Shown piece after piece: positions 27,991 through 32,000 of a DNA stretch of 32,000 nucleotides. Below the pieces are notes generated by a model. That model worked only from the letters and a program-made list of their open reading frames with translations. It made no database searches and was not told where the DNA came from. Every line of letters starts with the position of its first letter. Position 1 is the first letter of the stretch. The DNA lies in contig JBNKZD010000210.1 of the NCBI GenBank assembly GCA_050301235.1, positions 1 to 32,000 on the forward strand. The letters are read 5' to 3'. A program made the position numbers and the translations under genes. Origin of the DNA: Chitinispirillaceae bacterium (GTDB lineage: Bacteria; Fibrobacterota; Chitinivibrionia; Chitinivibrionales; Chitinispirillaceae).

Positions 27991-28323
27991 CTACTCTACA
28001 AGCGCCAGCTGCGCTTTCGCGCGTTCCTGAAGAGCCTTATCTATACATGACATAAAATTGAGAATACAGGGCATACTGAGACTGTAATATACCATCTGAC
28101 TTTTTTTTTCAATTTCAACAATTCCGGCATTTTTCAGTACTGATAGATGCTTGGATACCGTTGAAGTATCGGCACCGACCATTTCTGTCAACTCACAGAC
28201 ACAATGTCTCTGTTTTGAAAGTGCATCAATGATCAGAAGTCGTGCAGGATGGGCAATCGCTTTAAAAATAGTAGTGCGCGCCTCAAATTTACCCATATTT
28301 ATTTTTTCCAAGTTTAACTCCAT
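27991..28323 (-). CDS. ArsR-family regulator
   Basis: ORF 27991-28365; probable start ATG 28323 (MELNLEKINMG). AIAHPARLLIIDALSKQRHCVCELTEMVGADTSTVSKHLSVLKNAGIVEIEKKSQMVYYSL. Confidence 0.9.
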   Translation of the reverse strand: MELNLEKINMGKFEARTTIFKAIAHPARLLIIDALSKQRHCVCELTEMVGADTSTVSKHLSVLKNAGIVEIEKKSQMVYYSLSMPCILNFMSCIDKALQERAKAQLALVE

Positions 28324-28340
28324 TTTTGATCCACCCTTTG

Positions 28341-28369
28341 TTTGGTAATATAGCCAAATAACCAAGAAA
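28341..28369. promoter_or_regulatory. Candidate ArsR operator upstream of the second arsR-like gene
   Basis: TTTGGtaatataGCCAAA inverted repeat followed by taaccaagaaa, directly upstream of ATG 28323. Confidence 0.4.
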
Positions 28370-28467
28370 AGTCAAATAAAATCTATCAATCCGGTGTCAG
28401 AACCCATGTTACCTACCTGAGACCTTGAAAGTATTGGTTTTTCGACTTTGCTTCAACCCAGCCTTAT

Positions 28468-28737
28468 GTGGCAATACTAGAAAAAAGAATGTTCGATTTT
28501 ATCGTCTCTGATCTTGACATGCCTGGTATGGATGGATATTCACTTGCGCGATGGGTGCGCGAACGTGAGCAATTTTCCAAAATACCACTTATTGCAGTTT
28601 CGGCTCAGACAGAGCAGAGCACCTGCTTTCGTGCATATGCTGCAGGATTCGATCAATTCGCGTCCAAGCTGAACCGTGAGAAACTTGTAGACACACTCGG
28701 AGCACTTTTTAAACGAACTACGGAAGTAACATCATGA
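28468..28737 (+). pseudogene. C-terminal receiver (REC) domain fragment of a hybrid CheA-like protein
   Basis: 89 aa; FDFIVSDLDMPGMDGYSLARWVREREQFSKIPLIAVSAQT...KLNREKLVDTLGALF; phosphoacceptor region present but the N-terminal beta1/acidic residues (and any HK domain) are missing; open frame only extends to a stop around 28430. Confidence 0.65.
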
Positions 28738-29192
28738 AACAACTGGTATCATTTTTTCTGGATGATCAGCTTTTTGGCATTGACATTCAACTCGCCAGAG
28801 AAGTAAACCCTGATATCAATATAATTCCGGTTCCACTGGCTCGGAAAGAGATTTGCGGACTGGTAAATATTCGCGGTCAAGTCATTCTGGTAGTTAATTT
28901 GTCAGCACTCCTGGGTATGCCGCCCCGAATACCTACATCAGAATCACACATAATTATTTTAAAGACAACTCAGGAATATATTCGTCAGATACAATTTACG
29001 CAGGTACCTATTATCAATGTCATGATCTATTTTTCTGTCGAGCTACGTAAAGAAATTGCAAAACAATTCAACGAAATACTTCAACCGGAAGGTTTTCTTT
29101 TACTTGGTGCCTCAGAAACTCTCTACAGATTTTCAGAAGGTTTCAGGCCACACCATCACGGAGAAACGATTGTTTATCGTACTCAAAAATAG
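28734..29192 (+). pseudogene. Chimeric ORF: N-terminal CheW domain fused to C-terminal tail of CheR
   Basis: 152 aa; aa 1-85 KQLVSFFLDDQLFGIDIQLAREV...PLARKEICGLVNIRGQVILVVNLSALLGMPP is CheW; aa ~93-152 PIINVMIYFSVELRKEIAKQFNEILQPEGFLLLGASETLYRFSEGF is the CheR C-terminal motif (cRNvmIYF......i...f...L.pgG.L.lG.sE). Confidence 0.8.
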
Positions 29193-29207
29193 ACTATGAG
29201 AGTTTGT

Positions 29208-31553
29208 TCATCCCCAGAATCCCCTGATCCGCCCCCCTATCACCTTCGCGTTCACCTGATTATACGGAAACCACTCTTCAGGGAACAGAGACCGATAGGT
29301 ATTTGACAAGTAGCGTTCATCAATCAACACAATTATCCCGCGATCATTTTCAGACCGGATCACCCGTCCAGCAGCCTGCATCACTTTATTCATGCCCGGA
29401 TACAGATAAGCATATTCAAACCCACAGCCCTGATTATTCTGGAAATATTCGCGTATGATATCCCGTTCAGTACATATCTGTGGTAAACCAACACCTACAA
29501 TTATAGATCCGATCAGCCGGTCACTTTTCAGATCGATCCCTTCAGAGAACAAACCTCCCAGCACACAAAAACCGACCACCGTCTCCTGGGGATCCTCTTT
29601 AAAATGTTCCAGAAATGCATCACGTTCATGCTCTTTCATTTGAGTTGACTGGCTGATTAATCTAAAAGAAGGGGACTGCTCCTGAATGATTGACACTACG
29701 CTGTTCATGTACTGGTATGATGGAAAAAACACCATGTAATTTCCCATCTTATGCGCGACAATGTTCTGAAGATATCCCGCCAGCGCATTGACACTCTTAT
29801 CTCTGTTCTGGTATCTGGTTGAGAGATCCCCTGCAACAAGTATGGAACGATTTCCTTTAGCAAATGGAGATGTCAGGGCAATTAATTTGTCATTCTCCGA
29901 TCCTCCAAGAATTTTACGATAATACTCCAGCGGAGCAAGTGTTGCCGAAAAAAATATGGTTGATCTGCCACGTTTGAGTGTTTCACTCATAAGAAAAGAG
30001 GGGTCAACACAAAAAAGTTTAGCAGTAATTTCAGTATCCGTTGCAGTCACTACAAAGGTATATCGTGCATCATAGAGCTCAGTGATTTTGAGAAATATCA
30101 GTGCATCGAAGTAAAGCTCCAGCAGTGCATCATTGTCAATACCTTTTGTTCTGATAAGATACTGTTCACACTCAGCGACAAATATCTCAAGTGCATCACA
30201 AAGATTTTCATCAACACTACTACTTACATACTCACCCTTCTCATCGCACAGTTTTCCCAACACTTTAAGCCTTGTATTTACCCTTCCTATATTTCTGTAT
30301 AATTCAGCATTTGCCTTTTTGAAAAGTTTTCTTACTATTGTAAAAGGGGTGCGCTGTACCTGGGCGGAAAACATCTCACGTGACCGTTCCACGAGATTGT
30401 GCGCTTCATCCACAAGAAAAGTAAAATCGGTGGTTCCTTCAGAAAAGAATCTTTTCAAGTACACCTGCGGGTCGAAAACGTAGTTGTAATCACCAATGAT
30501 TACATCACACCACAACGATATATCAAGCGCCAGTTCAAATGGACATACGCGATATTTTTCTGCATACGGCTCAATAGCAGCTCTTCTGAAATCATCACTG
30601 TTCTGAAGAATATCCCATAGGCACTCATTAATACGATCATAATGTCCTTTAGCATACTCACAGGTTGCTGGCCGGCATGAGGCTTTATCCTTAAAACAGA
30701 TCTTTTCTTTTGCAGTCAATGTAACCGACTTAAGAGCTGTATTATGCGATCTGATAAGTGACAGGGTGTCTTCCGCAACGGTCCGGGTAATTGTCTTTGC
30801 AGTGAGATAGAATATCTTTGAAGTCAACCCTTCACCCATAGCTTTGAGCGCGGGGAATAGTGTCGATACCGTCTTCCCAATACCAGTCGGTGCTTTTGCA
30901 AACAGGTTGTTCCTGTTCTTAATTGATCGATATGCCGCCGCAGCAAGCTCCCGCTGTCCCGGACGATAAGCACCAAATGGGAATTTAAGGTTTTTTAAGG
31001 ATTCATTACGCTTGACCGTCCACTCGTATGAAAATTTTGCCCAGGGCTCATACTTTTCAATCAATTCATCAAAGAAGAGCTTTAATTGATCAAATGTATA
31101 CATTCTCGCAAACTGTCTGATCTCTCCGGATTCAACCTCGCAGTAGATCAACCGGACCTGCACATCAGTCAGTTTTTCCCTGACACAAAACATATATGCA
31201 TAGCATTGCGCCTGTGCCCAGTGAAGCGGGTAGTCATTTTCATGTAACTTTTTGACTGATTCTGTAATTGACTTTATCTCATCAATACAATACAGTCCTT
31301 CACACTCCGCAACGCCATCAATTCTGCCATCAACAACAAACGTGAACTGCTCCCGCTCGATCGACAGTTTGACAAACACTTCAGCATCATAATTTGCCTT
31401 CTTCTGCTGTTTCTGTATCTTCCGATGAATCCGCGAACCCTCAGCAGCCCTGTTACGCCCGGAAAAACCGGAATCGATATCACCACAGCGAAGGATAAAT
31501 TCAACCAGATGCCGGACAGAGATTTTTATAATGGGTTTACCAGGGGACATCAA
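29208..31553 (-). CDS. DinG/XPD-type Fe-S superfamily 2 helicase with N-terminal PD-(D/E)XK nuclease-like domain
   Basis: 781 aa; N-term GSRIHRKIQ...DGRIDGV...CIDEIKS...HWAQAQCYAYMF (RecB-type nuclease); Walker A APTGIGKTVST; Cys cluster C-FKDKASC-RPATC...CPFE; DEAH box FLVDEAHN; motif VI QAAGRVIRSENDRG. Confidence 0.92.
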   Translation of the reverse strand: MMSPGKPIIKISVRHLVEFILRCGDIDSGFSGRNRAAEGSRIHRKIQKQQKKANYDAEVFVKLSIEREQFTFVVDGRIDGVAECEGLYCIDEIKSITESVKKLHENDYPLHWAQAQCYAYMFCVREKLTDVQVRLIYCEVESGEIRQFARMYTFDQLKLFFDELIEKYEPWAKFSYEWTVKRNESLKNLKFPFGAYRPGQRELAAAAYRSIKNRNNLFAKAPTGIGKTVSTLFPALKAMGEGLTSKIFYLTAKTITRTVAEDTLSLIRSHNTALKSVTLTAKEKICFKDKASCRPATCEYAKGHYDRINECLWDILQNSDDFRRAAIEPYAEKYRVCPFELALDISLWCDVIIGDYNYVFDPQVYLKRFFSEGTTDFTFLVDEAHNLVERSREMFSAQVQRTPFTIVRKLFKKANAELYRNIGRVNTRLKVLGKLCDEKGEYVSSSVDENLCDALEIFVAECEQYLIRTKGIDNDALLELYFDALIFLKITELYDARYTFVVTATDTEITAKLFCVDPSFLMSETLKRGRSTIFFSATLAPLEYYRKILGGSENDKLIALTSPFAKGNRSILVAGDLSTRYQNRDKSVNALAGYLQNIVAHKMGNYMVFFPSYQYMNSVVSIIQEQSPSFRLISQSTQMKEHERDAFLEHFKEDPQETVVGFCVLGGLFSEGIDLKSDRLIGSIIVGVGLPQICTERDIIREYFQNNQGCGFEYAYLYPGMNKVMQAAGRVIRSENDRGIIVLIDERYLSNTYRSLFPEEWFPYNQVNAKVIGGRIRGFWG

Positions 31554-31620
31554 ATATACCTGAAAACAATTGAGTACTTGTTGAAGTTTAAAATAGTTTA
31601 TTCACATGGTACTCAGTGTA

Positions 31621-32000
31621 ATGAAAGAATGTCTTTGCAATTACTGTTTTTTCTAAACCCCTTAAAGTTCAACCTCTGCGTTTCTGGCTCAGCGTCCTCT
31701 GCGTCCTCTGCGTTAAATTTCCCATCCCCGGTGTCATTCCGACAAATCATTTATAATTTAAGATAAGAGTTTAAAACGCAGAGGGCGCTGAGATTAGAAA
31801 TAAAGAACTAAAAGAGGTAAAATGAAAGAATGTCTTTGCTATTACTGTTTTTTCTCAACCCTTAAAGTTCTACCTCTGCGATCTTATCTCTGCGTCCTCC
31901 GCGTACTCTGCGTTAAATTTCCCATCCTGGCTGCCATGCCGGCGAATCTTTTATAATTTAAGATAAAAGTTTAAAACGCAGAGGGCGCTGAGAGCGCAGA
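31621..32000. repeat. Tandem ~201 bp intergenic repeat, at least 1.9 copies, running off the window
   Basis: Unit 1 31621-31821, unit 2 31822-32000+: atgaaagaatgtctttgc(a/t)attactgttttttct(a/c)aacc..., ending ttataatttaagata(a/g)(g/a)agtttaaaacgcagagggcgctgag; contains CTCTGCGTTAAA / TTTAAAACGCAGAG complementary segments. Confidence 0.85.

Noticed and set aside
30133-30483. Plus-strand ORF of 116 aa opposite the helicase gene
   Set aside because: Fully antisense to the conserved Fe-S helicase CDS; no recognisable motif.
1-32000. tRNA, rRNA or well-known riboswitch genes
   Set aside because: I found no cloverleaf, rRNA signature or recognised riboswitch core by eye; a tRNAscan-SE and Rfam/Infernal run would be decisive.

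Overview
The window looks like an accessory-rich chromosomal segment from a Gram-negative bacterium. The style (T9SS-like C-terminal domains, Ton system, abundant intergenic repeats) suggests a Fibrobacterota/Chitinivibrionia- or FCB-like organism, but that is inference only. From left to right it contains: (1) the end of a parallel beta-helix protein and a convergent minus-strand Ton operon (exbB/tolQ, two exbD, tonB, an IS200/RAYT-type tyrosine transposase flanked by duplicated REP-like hairpins, a TonB-dependent receptor carrying its own N-terminal TonB_C-like domain, and a lipoprotein); (2) an MltD-like lytic transglycosylase with LysM domains; (3) a secreted protein with a T9SS-like C-terminal sorting domain and two glycosyltransferases; (4) an arsenic operon (arsR, arsC, acr3, a small Met/Cys-rich membrane protein, arsM); (5) a methyltransferase, a radical-SAM SPASM remnant, Ig-like and secreted proteins, a phage-holin-like membrane protein and an MBL-fold hydrolase; (6) a second thiol/arsenical-type module (ArsG/CcdA-like permease, ArsF-like protein, truncated DGC-type zinc-binding protein, small thioredoxin, UPF0718 permease, ArsR); (7) remnants of a chemotaxis locus, including a CheW N-terminus fused in frame to a CheR C-terminus; (8) a PD-(D/E)XK plus DinG/XPD-type Fe-S helicase; and (9) intergenic tandem repeats. 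I found no CRISPR array, tRNA or rRNA. I do not see proof of a completely new system. The strongest leads are the RAYT/REP unit inside the Ton operon, the TonB_C-receptor fusion, the Cys/Met-rich small protein in the ars operon, and the CheW-CheR chimera.
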